NCBI GenBank assembly: GCA_964016885.1
Contig: OZ024741.1
Span: forward strand, 343,542,001-343,606,000
DNA: 64,000 bases
Direction of reading: 5' to 3'
DNA from: Eledone cirrhosa
Lineage: Eukaryota
Position 1 is the first letter of the stretch; each line of letters begins with the position of its first letter. Of the stretch, positions 26,093 to 39,629 are shown piece by piece. Both the position numbers and the translations under genes were made by a program. Below the pieces are notes generated by a model that worked only from the letters and a program-made list of their open reading frames with translations, was not told the DNA's origin and did no database searches.

Positions 26093-26409
26093 ACACAGTG
26101 TTGACTATAAGCTCTACCAAGCTTAGTCACACGAAGAATCGGAATACAATAGCGGGAAAATATGGGCAGATCGGAGATGGCGAACAAGGAGAGGGTGCAT
26201 GTTGGGGTCATTAAGCACCACAGCTAAATGCTAGGGCACAAGCAGATCTCACAAGATGCAGATACAATTGATGGCACACAAAATAAAAAAATACAAACAA
26301 CGGTTAAAACATAATAAAGAAGTAAAGGGTAGATAATATAAAGAGATAAAAAGTGAATAAAAAGTGAAAAAGGTAAAAGATAAAAAAAAAATTGTTTTTA
26401 AAAGAAGTG

Positions 26410-26592
26410 AAAAAAGAAAGAAGAAAAAAGAAAAAAGAAAAAAGAAAAAAGAAAAAAGAAAAAAGAAAAAAGAAAAAAGAAAAAAGAAAACAGAAAAAAG
26501 AAAAAAGAAAAAAGAAAAAAGAAAAAAGAAAAAAGAAAAAAGAAAAAAGAAAAAAGAAAAAAGAAAAAAAGAAAAAAGAAAAAAGAAAAAAG
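26410..26592. repeat. (GAAAAAA)n heptamer microsatellite
   Basis: About 25 units, read directly. Confidence 0.95.
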
Positions 26593-27439
26593 AGAGAGTT
26601 TTAAGCACATAAAAAAGCCAGAGGAATTTAAGCGCTGGTCCCTATATAAGTGAATAGGGTCTCAGTAACTTATAATTATATAAGCACTAATATGTTCTTA
26701 AGGTACATCCAGAAAGACAACAGCAATTAAAATCTCCATGGTATACATACACAAGGTATACTGGTATGTAGCTGAATTACGTAGCTCCAGGGTGCTCCAC
26801 AAGTACATAGACAGGCAACACATAAATGCAAGCTATACATAAGCGGAGTCGGGTTATTACAGGATAGAGCAGAGTATAACAAGTATATAGACAGGCACCA
26901 CAAATAAAGCAAGCTATACACAAGCAAAGAGGGGCTACTATAAGATAGAGCTGCAGCAATAGCCCCACAATATTATTTCAGTTACTGTAAAACCAACTGG
27001 CAAAGAGTTACTGCACATGTATATTAACCGCATAGGCTAGACCAATCGGTCACATATGTTCCGATTGTTAACAATATAGCTTTTATTAGTACGAATTTGT
27101 CGAATTAGTATGAGGTTCTGTTGGTGATTAAATATTATTTTTTTTACTTATTTTTATTTTGTTTGCAGTCCGAATTAAATAACCCTATAGATGACAAATT
27201 AAAGTAGTCCCCCTTTATTTACCAATTTTACGTCATTATTATTTGATGACTGAAAACGTCATCAATAGATGTGCATCTTGTGAGATCTGCTTGTGCCCTA
27301 GCATTTAGCTGTGATGCTTAATGACACCAGCTTGTACTCTCTCCTTGTTCGCCATCTCCGATCTCCCCATATTTGCCCTCTATTGTACTCCGATTGATCG
27401 TGTAACTAAGCTTGGTAGAGCTTATACTCAGCACTGTGT

Positions 27440-27496
27440 TTATTAAGCTCTGATGATTCCTACCCAAAAGTATGAATGAAACATTGTAAGCAAATA
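27440..27496 (+). ncRNA. Hammerhead-like motif (inverted partner of 26035)
   Basis: UUAUUAAGCU-CUGAUGA-UUCCUAC(CCAAAA)GUAUGAAU-GAAA-CAUUG-UA-AGCAAAUA. Confidence 0.6.
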
Positions 27497-27906
27497 TAAA
27501 CTGTTTGAGTATGTGAGCGTTCTTTGGTTTCTTTTACATATAACGGCTCTGTTCTCGTACATTGAGCTAATACAATACCGTCAACATATAATACGGTGCG
27601 TGTGTGTTTATATACATGCACTCCGTGCTATACGTACGTAAATAAATATATATATATGTATATATATTGCGGCTTCTTTGGATTCCGTTTGGATTCTTTT
27701 GTATTCCGTTCAAACAAAATAATTTAGTGGCCCTCTCCACCAGCTCATCACGTGGTAGTATGTTTTAACCCTGAAGGTGGATAGATGGCATGTTGTGCTA
27801 TTAGCGATTGTTTTAAAGGTGAGAATTATCGGCATAGTGATTGGGGGACATGTAGTTCAACACAAATTCACACTCTTTTCACAAACTGATCCGATCGCAT
27901 TCTCTC

Positions 27907-27982
<76 letters not shown>

Positions 27983-28086
27983 TCTCTCTCTATCTCTCTC
28001 TCTCTCTCTCTCTAGCTATCTATCAATCTAGCTACCTATCTATCTCTCCCCCTATACACACATGGATACATATATTCACACACACA

Positions 28087-28160
<74 letters not shown>

Positions 28161-28266
28161 TATATATATATGTATGTAAAAGGTAAACAGAAATAACAAC
28201 ACAATCGGTACAGTATATGGAAGGTATATATTAGGTTAACGCTTGATATAGCAGAAAGGGCGTCTG

Positions 28267-28294
28267 GACGTTTCGGACGCTAGTCCTTCATCAG
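28267..28294 (-). ncRNA. Minimal hammerhead core, stem I lost
   Basis: CUGAUGA-A-GGAC(UAGC)GUCC-GAAA-CG-UC, the typical PLE minimal motif with palindromic CG. The 5' strand of stem I does not pair, probably truncated. Confidence 0.6.
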
Positions 28295-28416
28295 AATGTA
28301 TATATCGAGAGTCGATCAACTTTTGTCAAATCAGACCGAGAAAATAATAAATCCGCTGGTCTTTCCAATTGCTAATATTATCTATTTGTCGCGACACCTG
28401 TTATATGAGCAACGTT

Positions 28417-28500
28417 AAATAAAGTGTCTTGCTCAAGGACATAACGGATCGTCCGGTCCAGGAATCAAACTCAAACTCACAATCTCACGATTGTGCATCC
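28417..28500 (-). mobile_element. tRNA-derived SINE head fragment (second SINE family)
   Basis: B-box-like GAGTTTGATTCC followed by GTCCTTGAGCAAGACACTTT. Confidence 0.6.
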
Positions 28501-28534
28501 AGGAGCCACTGTTGCAACCATTATCAAAGAGAAC

Positions 28535-28720
28535 GGTGGATTGGCAGTATCGGTAGAGGGTCGGACGCCATGCTTTCCAGCATAGTTACGTCCCTTTACG
28601 ATCTGAGTTCAAATCCCGCCGAGGTTGACTTTGCCTTTCATCCTTACGGGGTCGATAAAATAAAGTACCAGTAATGCACTGGGTAATTGCTGGCCTTGTG
28701 CCTAAAGTAGAAACAATTAT
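28535..28720 (+). mobile_element. Full-length Deu/Nin-type SINE with TSD
   Basis: A and B boxes, core, and a 15 bp TSD ATTATCAAAGAGAAC at 28520-28534 and 28716-28730. Confidence 0.9.
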
Positions 28721-28945
28721 CAAAGAGAACTAGTGAACTATGATCTCCACGGTATTCTGAAGGTTCACAGGCAACCTGATGCAAGACCTGGGGCTAGGGA
28801 GATCCACAGTTGACGTCAATATGTGAAGGAGTGCAATCTCTAGCCATATCCGAGCGTAAACATCTAAATCTGACAAGCGATTGCAACACTCTTAGTAGAG
28901 TTTTCACCTATTATGTTTGTATGTTTGTTTGTATGTATGTATAAA

Positions 28946-29263
28946 CAGCTGAGTACACTGGAGTAACGTGAAACAAAGTGTCTTGTTCAAAGACACAACG
29001 CATCACCCGGTCCGAGAATCGAACTCACAACCTTCCGATTGCAAGCTCAATGCTCTAACCAGTAAGCCATGTGTCTACAGTTTACTGTATCGGCCATTGC
29101 CTATCCCTTGGATAACATCGGTGGCGTGGAGAGAGAAGGCTGGTATGTGTGGGTGACTGCTGGTCTTCCACAAAAAAACCCTGTCTGGACTTGTGTATTG
29201 GAGGGAAACTTTCTTGGTGCAAATCTCATGGTCATTCGTGACCGAAGAGGGTCTTTACTCTTT
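28946..29263. mobile_element. tRNA-derived SINE with apparent 5' inversion, in (TATG)n
   Basis: Minus-strand head 28946-29077 (TGGCTTACTGG A box, GAGTTCGATTC B box, GTGTCTTTGAACAAGACACTTT) joined to a plus-strand segment 29086-29263 that I recall as this SINE family's 3' part. Confidence 0.55.
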
Positions 29264-29421
29264 ATGTATGTATGTATGTATGTATGTATGTATGTATGTA
29301 TGTATGTATGTATGTATGTATGTATGGATGGATGGATGGATGGATGTATTATTCATGTATGTATGTATGTATGTATGTATGTATGTATGTATGTATGTAT
29401 GTATGTATGTATGTATGTATG

Positions 29422-29992
29422 TTCACCTGGTTTTATAATTTCACAAATGTTTGCCAATAGAGACAGAAAGTCGGTTTCTAACTTAGATACAATACCCGCT
29501 CATTGGAATTTAAACAACATCAACTAGGTAGATATGTATTCATGTCTGCATGAATGCATGTGTGCGCAGGTATGGATGTTATTATGTGTGTGGATGTGGA
29601 TGTTTTGAATGGTATGTGTGCATGTGCATGTACGTTGTATGTGTACAAGTGTATATGCAGTTAGTAGATGCACAATTTTTGGAATGTTTTAAATAATTTT
29701 ACTGTTCCATTAATGGATTGTACTTGTTATTCCGTAACTAGTTATGTTCTTTCTGTTTCTGTGAAACCCAGCTTCTCAAGATTTGTACTGAGGCAGTTAC
29801 TAACATATCCCAGTGCCCCAATAATCACGTGCAATAAACACAGGTACAAATCTGAAGGTATAGTCAGGATGGCGTATCTGCAGATTTCTCAATAGTCTTG
29901 CATAGATATTCTCATATAATTATATCTGGTCTGTTATGCCTGCATTTTATTGCGGTTTTAACTGGAACATTCCACCAGTATTCTTTCATATT
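29422..29992 (-). mobile_element. 3' fragment of an RLE non-LTR element between (TATG)n tracts
   Basis: Manual translation: KEYWWNVPVKTAIKCRHNRPDIII, ENIYARLLRNLQIRHPDYTFRFVP, IIGALGYV..LEKLGF, GTVKLFKTF. Homologous to 46729-47487. Confidence 0.8.
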
Positions 29993-30702
29993 ATATGTAT
30001 GTATGTATGTATGTATGTATCTATGTATGTATGTATGTATGTATGTATGTATGTATGTATGTATGTATGTATGTATGTATGTATGCAGGGTCTCAAAATA
30101 TTGTATAAGACCATTTGATATTTGTAAGCTATCTTTACGGGCAGCTGGAAATACGTGAAGAAACCAATATATGTTAGTTTATATAAGATAAACAGTTCTT
30201 GCCTTTCCTACTCAACAGGTCAGCAGTTTTGAAAAGACTGTTATAATTCTATATATTCTATATACGTCCATGTTCGCACATTTTGTTAGTTAATGTTTCT
30301 TAATGATTTTAACACCATATTTCCATTCGTTGGTTTCAATTTAATTAAAAGGGAAATAATGAAAAACCTGGGCTTGACCGACAGCTTCCTCTTCGTGTCG
30401 GTCGCCGTCAACACTACCAGTCTCCTCGATCCTCCAACAGCTGTTTTCTGCCGTAAAATTAGGAAGGCTGCAGTCCTCTTGCGGAAGGAGTCCTGTGAGA
30501 TAGGTGGTTGCTGCAGCGAGTGTGTCCTGTCATTCTCCGTGGCAAGAACTCCCCCATTTTGTCCCTGGGATACAGCTGAAACATGCCACCCGGGCTATCG
30601 ATTTGAACTCACTTCCCCTTTCTGTACTTGCTTAATTTCTTTTTTCTTTTTTTTCTCCTTTTTCTCTATCGTTTTTCCTTTAATTATTATGAGTAATATT
30701 TC

Positions 30703-30897
30703 AGGGGCGGTGGATTGGCAGTATCGGAAGAGGGTCGGACGCCATGCTTTGACGCATACAGTTACGGCCTTTGCCATTCTGAGTTCAAATCCCGCCGAGC
30801 TTAACTTTGCCTTTCATCCTTACGGGGTCGATAAAATAAAGTACCAGTAATGTACTGGGTAATTGCTGGCCTTGTGCCAAAAGTAGAAACAATTATT
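30703..30897 (+). mobile_element. Full-length Deu/Nin-type SINE with TSD
   Basis: 20 bp TSD AATTATTATGAGTAATATTT at 30682-30701 and 30891-30910. Confidence 0.9.
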
Positions 30898-31044
30898 ATG
30901 AGTAATATTTTATTTATATTTTTGATATTATAGTTTTGTATATTATATCTATCTTCATTTACTATTGTTTGTTCATCCTCACAATTGCACCCACATGTCT
31001 TTGATACTATGAAGCAACACAATCCATAACACTAATATATTTTT

Positions 31045-31185
31045 CAATTTGGTCGCCTTCTAGGACTCCCCACAGAATTCTGGTGCTTCCCACAGTCCAC
31101 CCTGTCCATAGTAAATGTCTTCAGCTCTTGTGTGTTAGACGCTGCAGTGTCTCTCAGTAGAGTCTCTCAGCAGCCTGCTCACGAA
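31045..31185 (-). mobile_element. RTE-like LINE extreme 3' fragment
   Basis: Reads ETLLRDTAASNTQELKTFTMDRVD...SPRRRPN, similar to the C-terminus of the element at 61025-61200. Confidence 0.45.
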
Positions 31186-32689
31186 TGCAGTGTCCAGCGG
31201 TTCTCATAAGAAACCTTCGGGAGATCATCATAACATTCTTGTTTTGTTGTGTGTTACAGCTATGGTGTATTTTTTGCCAGCCAATTGTTTCTTCAGTGCT
31301 CTCGTACTTGTTCCAGTTAATGGTCCGTATATCAAGATTGATTTTACTGTTGCGGTGAATAGTTTTATTTTGATTTTCTTTGATATCTCTGAGGTCCACA
31401 GACAATGAATATTAAACTATACTTTAAAATCTGACCTAGAGGTAAATCTATTGTTTTCGGTTATCAATTGCTCATGTTTACAACCGCCTTATTAAAAGTA
31501 AACCTTATCAAGCTTTCATATCTAGAAGTGATACTTAATTTTCCCAGTCATTCGTTACCTGAAACGCTATAAGCATCATCCCAGGGCCAATTAGAGACGG
31601 TGTGAACAATTTTCCAAAATGCCGAAATCTCAAATTCATACAAAAGTCTACAAACCAAAGTTACTCAAATTTCCACTTCGGATTTAACCTTAAATATCCT
31701 CCAAAATCCGCAATAAGGAAGGAACATCCAGGTCCCATTTGTCCTAACTCCGAAATACTTAATCAATCAAATTATCATACAATAACAAACAACTTCCAAA
31801 GCCGTTATTCCATATCTTCGTTTTGAATGACACCCCGAGATTTAAATACCCCTATATGCTGAGTGTCTCGGGAATTTATAAGGCTTTGTTTTTATTAAGA
31901 GGACTTATACAATAGATTAAATATTATGTGTTACTTTTTCAGCATCAGTAGCTTATGCTGGTGATTATTTTTCTTGGCTAAGGTTATATATTTTACATTA
32001 GCTTTACAAGTGTAAATACATTTTAGACAATTACTATTGGAGTGGGTTTCAAAGATTTGAGCAATACTAGTGTTATGGTTTAAGGACATCTAAACTATAA
32101 TAAAGGAAGGTCTGCGGGAATGCACACGGTTTATTTTTTTTTATCTCGTTAGTTAAATAAGTTGGATTACTTTGAATAAATAATGAATGAATATTACATA
32201 ATCTATCTACTAAATTTCGTAAACAAAAATAATTTCGTAAAAATGAATAATTTAAAATTGACTTCTTTTCAAAGTTGCACTTCCAGTATATCGTTGCCAC
32301 CACCACCACCACTTCAACTACCATATATATAGAAAGAGAGAGTGTGTGATGTCAAAACTTCCGGTGGCGATCACTTAAATAAACATACTAAATTTCTGTC
32401 ACTAATTTTCTCCTAATACAGTTTATATATAATATCGTCTTTTATTAATGTAACATGGATTACGTTACTGATTACATAAGACAGTGTAACAACGTCTTCA
32501 TTCAATTTCTGTTTATATTGTCAATTACGATTTTATTTGATGTATCATATCTACATGTATATATACTTGCGTATAATATCAATATACACACTACACATGC
32601 AAGCAGAAAACCACCCAAAGAGTGGTTTTTCTGCTAGTTAGAATAATGCGGTATTAGAATAATGTGTGTGTGTATGTATGTGTGTGTGT

Positions 32690-32761
<72 letters not shown>

Positions 32762-32795
32762 TATATATGAATATATATATGATAAATATATGCAG

Positions 32796-32891
<96 letters not shown>

Positions 32892-32931
32892 CGATATTAA
32901 TAAATGGAAACTATATTTATAAAACCATATT

Positions 32932-32997
32932 TATTTCATTATACATATTTCAGGGGATACCAAATTAAATTATAGTATGCCTTCATCAGACAAAATA
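32932..32997 (-). ncRNA. Type I hammerhead ribozyme
   Basis: Inverted copy of 33704-33768. Confidence 0.75.
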
Positions 32998-33703
32998 CAA
33001 TATATAACAGTTTTACAAATAAGCTTTGACGTACCCTATTAAAATGCAACCATTGTTTTTGGAAGCCATCCGGATAGTGATTTTCAGGACGTGCGTGTAT
33101 ATATATATATATATATATTTGTGTGTCTTTGCCTGAGATACTGACTTCTCTAGCAATGTGTACATTTTGGATATTAAACCCAAATTTTGGTATATTGATC
33201 TCAAGGTTTAAACTAAACATATAGTCATTATTAAACAATGTTTAATGTCTCATATTATATATTTATGTCCCATTCATGAATATTAATATTTATATTTTTA
33301 TTATTCATTTCATATGAATTGTTAACTCAACTTAATATGACATGACGTAAAGTTTTCATAATCTCCCTCTCTCTATATAATATTTCTCTCTCTTGAGTTT
33401 TTCTATCTATCTGTTGACTTAATATCTCTCTGTTGCTTTCCTCTGTTTTTCTTATTTCTTCCTTTTTTCTTCTTTCTTCCTTTCCTCCTGTCTTTACTTA
33501 TCTCTTTCTTTTTTCTCCATGCATCTCTCTCTCTCTCCGATATTTCTCCACGTTTTTCTTTCCCTCCCTCTTTTTCTAATTGTCCTTAACACTATGACTT
33601 ATTAAAGTAATATAAACAAATCACTATCCGGTTGGCTTCCAAAAACAATGGTTGCATTTTAATAGGGTACGTCAAAGCTTATTTGTAAAACTGTTATATA
33701 TTG

Positions 33704-33768
33704 TATTTTGTCTGATGAAGGCATACCATAATTTAATTTGGTATCCCTGAAATATGTATAATGAAATA
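33704..33768 (+). ncRNA. Type I hammerhead ribozyme
   Basis: UAUUUUGU-CUGAUGA-AGGCAUACCA...UGGUAUCCCU-GAAA-UAUGUA-UA-AUGAAAUA: 8 bp stem I, extended stem II, self-complementary stem III (dimer type). Confidence 0.8.
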
Positions 33769-33896
33769 AATATGGTTTTATAAATATAGTTTCCATTTAT
33801 TAATATCGTATATCTACTCCAAATACTTGTCGAGTGCTTTATATCAGTTATAAAAATATTTCCTTGTTGTATCCCAACAATTTTAAATAGAACTTT

Positions 33897-33936
<40 letters not shown>

Positions 33937-33984
33937 TAAACAAATAATGAACAAACAATTCCTTATATTAAACAAAAAAAGTTC

Positions 33985-34133
33985 ACTATTTAACGATCGT
34001 TTCTAGGGTATATATGTGTTATAATTGGTATGCATATTCAACAGATCTATGTACAAAATTATACAAAATTATACAAATTATCAAGATTAAATATACATAC
34101 CTAACACATATATACGCCGTCTTCAGAAATAAT
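33985..34133 (-). ncRNA. Hammerhead ribozyme with very long stem II
   Basis: AUUAUUU-CUGAAGA-[~115 nt hairpin UAUAUAUGUGUUA.../...UAACACAUAUAUA]-GAAA-CGAUCG-UU-AAAUAGU. Confidence 0.7.
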
Positions 34134-34956
34134 GAAGTATATTTATTGATAATAACAACAATTCAAAATATCAGTTCAAAATTGACCAATGAAAACACAA
34201 AGGGTTAAAAGCAGTTCGGTGTGTGTATATACATGTAAAATCCTTACACATATTTTACAATAATGTGTGTATAATTTGTATGCGCATACTAAAAAGATGG
34301 ATGCAAACACAAAATTTCAAGGTTAATATCTCTGTAAGCTTAATGCGCTGATAAGATACGCATTGATACTTATGGAGTCAAGCATATAAATATATTTTTT
34401 CATACTCACACATATCAGTATAATCACACATACATGCGCGTATATGCATAAATATACACATAACCACGAACATACAAACACACACACTCCCCCACTCACA
34501 TTTATATATGTGGATATAAAATCATAAGCACATAGAAATTAAGTCACTCACATAAAACACTGGCACACACATTTCAAGATCAAGATACAGAAATTAGGTG
34601 GGAGGGGGGGGGAGGGGTCAGTATTCAATTGTCTGAGCAGACTGCCTAATATAAATGTATCTATAAATTAAGAAAAATAAAAAAATAAAAACAATAAAAT
34701 ATAATAAATATAATATAATGTACATACACATACAGATATATATACACATACATACATGTACGCGCACATAGAGATATTTACGCATACACACATACACACA
34801 TACATATACAGTCATACACACACATACACTTACACGAACATACACATACACATATAAAAAGATATATATATACACACACACACGCGCAATACATACACAC
34901 ATATACATATATATAAAAAATAGATAATAAAGATATATATCCATATATATATATAT

Positions 34957-35009
<53 letters not shown>

Positions 35010-35098
35010 TATACATATACATACACATACATCTAAATATACATACACATACATACACACATACATGTACATACATGTACATACATATACGCACATCG

Positions 35099-35154
<56 letters not shown>

Positions 35155-35490
35155 TCACATAGACATAAAGATACATACACACACAACTTACATACACACG
35201 TATATATATATATATATAGATGTACCTTCATACATAGAATTAGATATATAATCATACATACATATGCACCTACTTATACTCATATAAATAAATACATACG
35301 CTTCTATATATGTGTATATACAAAAAAAAACCAATACCACCTCACCAAACTCAGACATACAAATGGAAATAATAATAAAAAAACGCATATGTATATACAT
35401 ACACACACGCATTAATAGAGATATATATATATATACACACATACATACACATATATACATATACATACACACACATATATATACACATAC

Positions 35491-35543
<53 letters not shown>

Positions 35544-35547
35544 TAGA

Positions 35548-35586
<39 letters not shown>

Positions 35587-35678
35587 ATATATATCCACAC
35601 ACTCATACCACCATAAATACACATACAAACACCCACATGTATATATATATATATATATCTATATACACACACGTATAC

Positions 35679-35713
<35 letters not shown>

Positions 35714-35843
35714 CACACACATAAAAAACAGACATGCACATATATATATATATATATATATTTCATTACTCTTATATATACACATATTATATATACATAC
35801 ACAACCTCACTTATACACATATACACATAAGTTATATTACAAT

Positions 35844-35928
<85 letters not shown>

Positions 35929-35934
35929 TATATG

Positions 35935-35997
<63 letters not shown>

Positions 35998-35999
35998 AG

Positions 36000-36125
<126 letters not shown>

Positions 36126-36408
36126 GGAATACAATTATCTGTATATGTATACGTACACGGAAACGTACCTCACTTAGTATATACTGCATAATGATCATAT
36201 TTTTCTCTAACCGTGTATGTGTCTATTAGTCTCTAATGTTGAATTTACATTTAGACATTCTATCTGTTGATCTTTCAACTGTTGAGACTTGTCTTTCACT
36301 TACTATATATGTCTAATACAAGCTCTCATCTCTCTCCGCCCTCCTTCTTCTCTCTCACTTTCTCTCTATATATCTATCAGTCTATATCTTTCTATCTATC
36401 AATCTATC

Positions 36409-36468
<60 letters not shown>

Positions 36469-36529
36469 TCCCTCTTTATCTATCTCTTTATCTATCTATT
36501 CCTCTATCCATCTGTCTATCTATCTATAG

Positions 36530-36786
36530 ATAAACAGAGGGAAACCAGGAACACCTACAAAATGTGTTCCTGGTGTTGAGGGTTGTTCAATCCACGGGGT
36601 GTAAAACAACCCTGCAGTAACGCCCCCCCCCCCCCCGACTGAGGATTTCAATTGTTTTGTTATATATAGTTTATTGTTATTTATTAAAGTTAAAGTTATA
36701 TGATTTTCATGTAAAACCTCCGCTGTTATGTCTTGTAATGTTCCATCTCTTGTACGCCCCTGTGGCAAATAAAGAAAGATATTATC
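36530..36786 (+). mobile_element. Probable Tx1-like 3' UTR fragment
   Basis: Ends GTACGCCCCTGTGGCAAATAAAGAAAGATATTAT, similar to the Tx1 terminus at 5714-5747. Contains two hairpins. Confidence 0.5.
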
Positions 36787-37206
36787 TATACATACATATA
36801 TATATATATCCCTCTCTTTCTCTCTCTCTATTTAACTCTCTCTCTTTATCTATCTATCCATATATATATCTATCCATCTATCTATCCATCTATATGTCTA
36901 TACATATATATGTGTCTCTCTCTCGCTCTCACTGACTTTCTCTATCTCTATCTCTCTCTATCCATGTATCTATCTCTCTTTCTCTTCCAAAGCCTCGCTC
37001 TAATTTTCACCATTCACTCTATTACACTATTAGATTCTATAGCTCACTTTTGTACATATATGCACGATGTGTACCTGTTTGTATTTCTGTAAGCATGTAT
37101 TCATTTGTTCATGTATTGTACATATATGTATCTTTATATGTATGTGTATATGTATATGTATATGTATGTTATGTATATATGCATACAAGTATATATATAT
37201 ATATAT

Positions 37207-37324
<118 letters not shown>

Positions 37325-37347
37325 GTATATACATATATATATATATT

Positions 37348-37381
<34 letters not shown>

Positions 37382-37443
37382 CATACACACACAAGCATAT
37401 ATATATATATATATACATACATATATATATATTTATATATATG

Positions 37444-37525
<82 letters not shown>

Positions 37526-38149
37526 TATATATATATATATCGATGTATCTCACTATCAGATCTTCCTAAGCCTAGATTAAATGTGGTGCTATGGAGATCA
37601 GCAGTGTTGTAGCATATATGTTGATGTTTGATAAACAGAATATCGTATAGGCTGCCTTTTTCTACAGAGAATAGCCAGCAGGGGTGACGAAAGCTATATA
37701 ATCTGTTTCGATCTTATATACCCAATGCACTGCCCAAGGGGTGATTACCCGATGACTATTCTGTAATGTTTATCTGTTCTTTTTTATTTCTCAATATTTT
37801 ACGTTTATCATCTTTTAATATTATTGTTTTAATTTGTCTTTTTTAAGGTTTTATCTATATTTTCCTTTACTTTTCCTATGTTTTTTTTCCCCGGTAATCC
37901 ATCATCTGATATGAGATCGAGATAATATGGCATCAGAACATCTTATATGGTGTACAGCTGGCGAATAGAGACATAAGTATATACACGCTACTTTACACAC
38001 TCATATATATAGATAAACACACATATATACGTACACATATGCGCACATACATATGTGTATATATACATGTATGTATGCAGATGTATATATATGTTAGTGT
38101 GTGTGTTTATTCGTGTGTGTATGCGAATATATGTATGTATGTATATATG

Positions 38150-38230
<81 letters not shown>

Positions 38231-38308
38231 ATAAATATATATATATATAGATATAGATATATGTGTATGTATATAAATATATATATATATATATATGTAT
38301 GTATATAA

Positions 38309-38349
<41 letters not shown>

Positions 38350-38782
38350 TGTGTATGTATATAAATATATATATATATGTGTATGTATATATATATATAT
38401 GTGTGAAGAGAAAGAGAGAAAGCGAGAAAGCGACAGAGAAAAATAGATAGATAGATAATAGATATCCATATATATATATATGGACGCCCATATATGCACA
38501 CACATGCACACACATACTCAAAATATGATATATTGCACATAGACCCGTTCATACGTACTGATACGCACAATCATACAGTATATATGTATGTATCCATATA
38601 TGTGTGTGTGGGTGGAGCATGCGCGCGCGTGAGCCTGTAAAATAATATGTTGTTTATTCTACTGTACACAGATTTGGTTACATAATACATAATTTATCTA
38701 TATTGAATGCCTGCGCATATGGTCTTATGAATATGTATATCTCTATCTTTGTATATTATATGTCTCTTTCTCTCTGAGTATT

Positions 38783-38969
38783 GGATTGGCAGTATCGGTA
38801 GGGGTTCATACGCCATGCCTTGACGCACAGAGTTACGGCCCTTGCCATTCTGAGTTTAAATCCCGCCGAGGTTAACTTTGCCTTTCATCCTTACGGGGTC
38901 GATAAAATAAAGTACCAGAAAGTGCACTGGGATAATTGCTGGCCTTGTGCCAAAAGTAGAAACAATTAT
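38783..38969 (+). mobile_element. Deu/Nin-type SINE
   Basis: Same consensus as the other copies, with an imperfect TSD ATTATATGT(C/G)TCTTT. Confidence 0.85.
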
Positions 38970-39128
38970 ATGTGTCTTTTTCTCTCTTTTGTTTTCTTTC
39001 TCTCTCTCACGCAATGTCCATATACCTGTATAAATATATGCGTATACACGCACACATACACCCACACACCCACCCACCCACGCATGTATATACATTTATA
39101 TATATATATAGTATGTATATAAATATAC

Positions 39129-39355
<227 letters not shown>

Positions 39356-39408
39356 GCATTAATAAAAGATCGGAGGCCATATTCAGTTGATTCCGGTTTA
39401 TTTAAAAC

Positions 39409-39468
39409 ACTGTTATACATATTTCAAAAAGGGATATCAATTATGATAGCCTGAGCTCTTCAGACGGC
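39409..39468 (-). ncRNA. Degenerate hammerhead (GAAA-UAUGUA-UA type)
   Basis: GCCGU-CUGAAGA-GCUCAGGCUAUCA(UAAU)UGAUAUCCCUUUUU-GAAA-UAUGUA-UA-ACAGU, followed by AAUAAA. Base of stem II is eroded. Confidence 0.5.
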
Positions 39469-39629
39469 AAAACCTAAAATAACCATAAAAAGTTCCCAAG
39501 AAACCTTTAAATTTGGAATTATCCAATAATTTCCCGAGAAAAGATTTTATTTTCATGATACAGGGGTCGGCCGAACGCGGGTGTTGGACTTTTCCAAATT
39601 TAACGGTTTCTTAGGAACTTTCATATATG

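Larger units (their letters stand above)
26010..27590. mobile_element. Fold-back mini-PLE with ~250 bp inverted repeats carrying hammerheads
   Basis: IR 26010-26260 / 27272-27522. Interior holds (GAAAAAA)n and ~85 bp repeats. The right arm continues into a ~70 bp tail. Confidence 0.7.
32887..33900. mobile_element. Fold-back mini-PLE with ~195 bp inverted repeats carrying hammerheads
   Basis: Near-identical IR 32887-33082 / 33619-33813. The right arm continues into a ~85 bp tail containing TTGTCGAGTGCTTT. Both ends lie in (TA)n. Confidence 0.8.

Noticed and set aside
26249-26612. Lys/Arg-rich or Phe-rich ORFs
   Set aside because: Products of the (GAAAAAA)n repeat.
30293-30850. 185 aa ORF or possible host exon in a GC-richer patch
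   Set aside because: No recognisable domain, it runs into a SINE, and I see no supportable splice structure.
31560-31830. Possible PLE ORF N-terminal relic
   Set aside because: Only a vague KCRNLKFI similarity, too degenerate to call.
37613-37705. TTGATGT...GACGAAAGCTA hammerhead-like remnant
   Set aside because: Two core mismatches and no convincing stem II.
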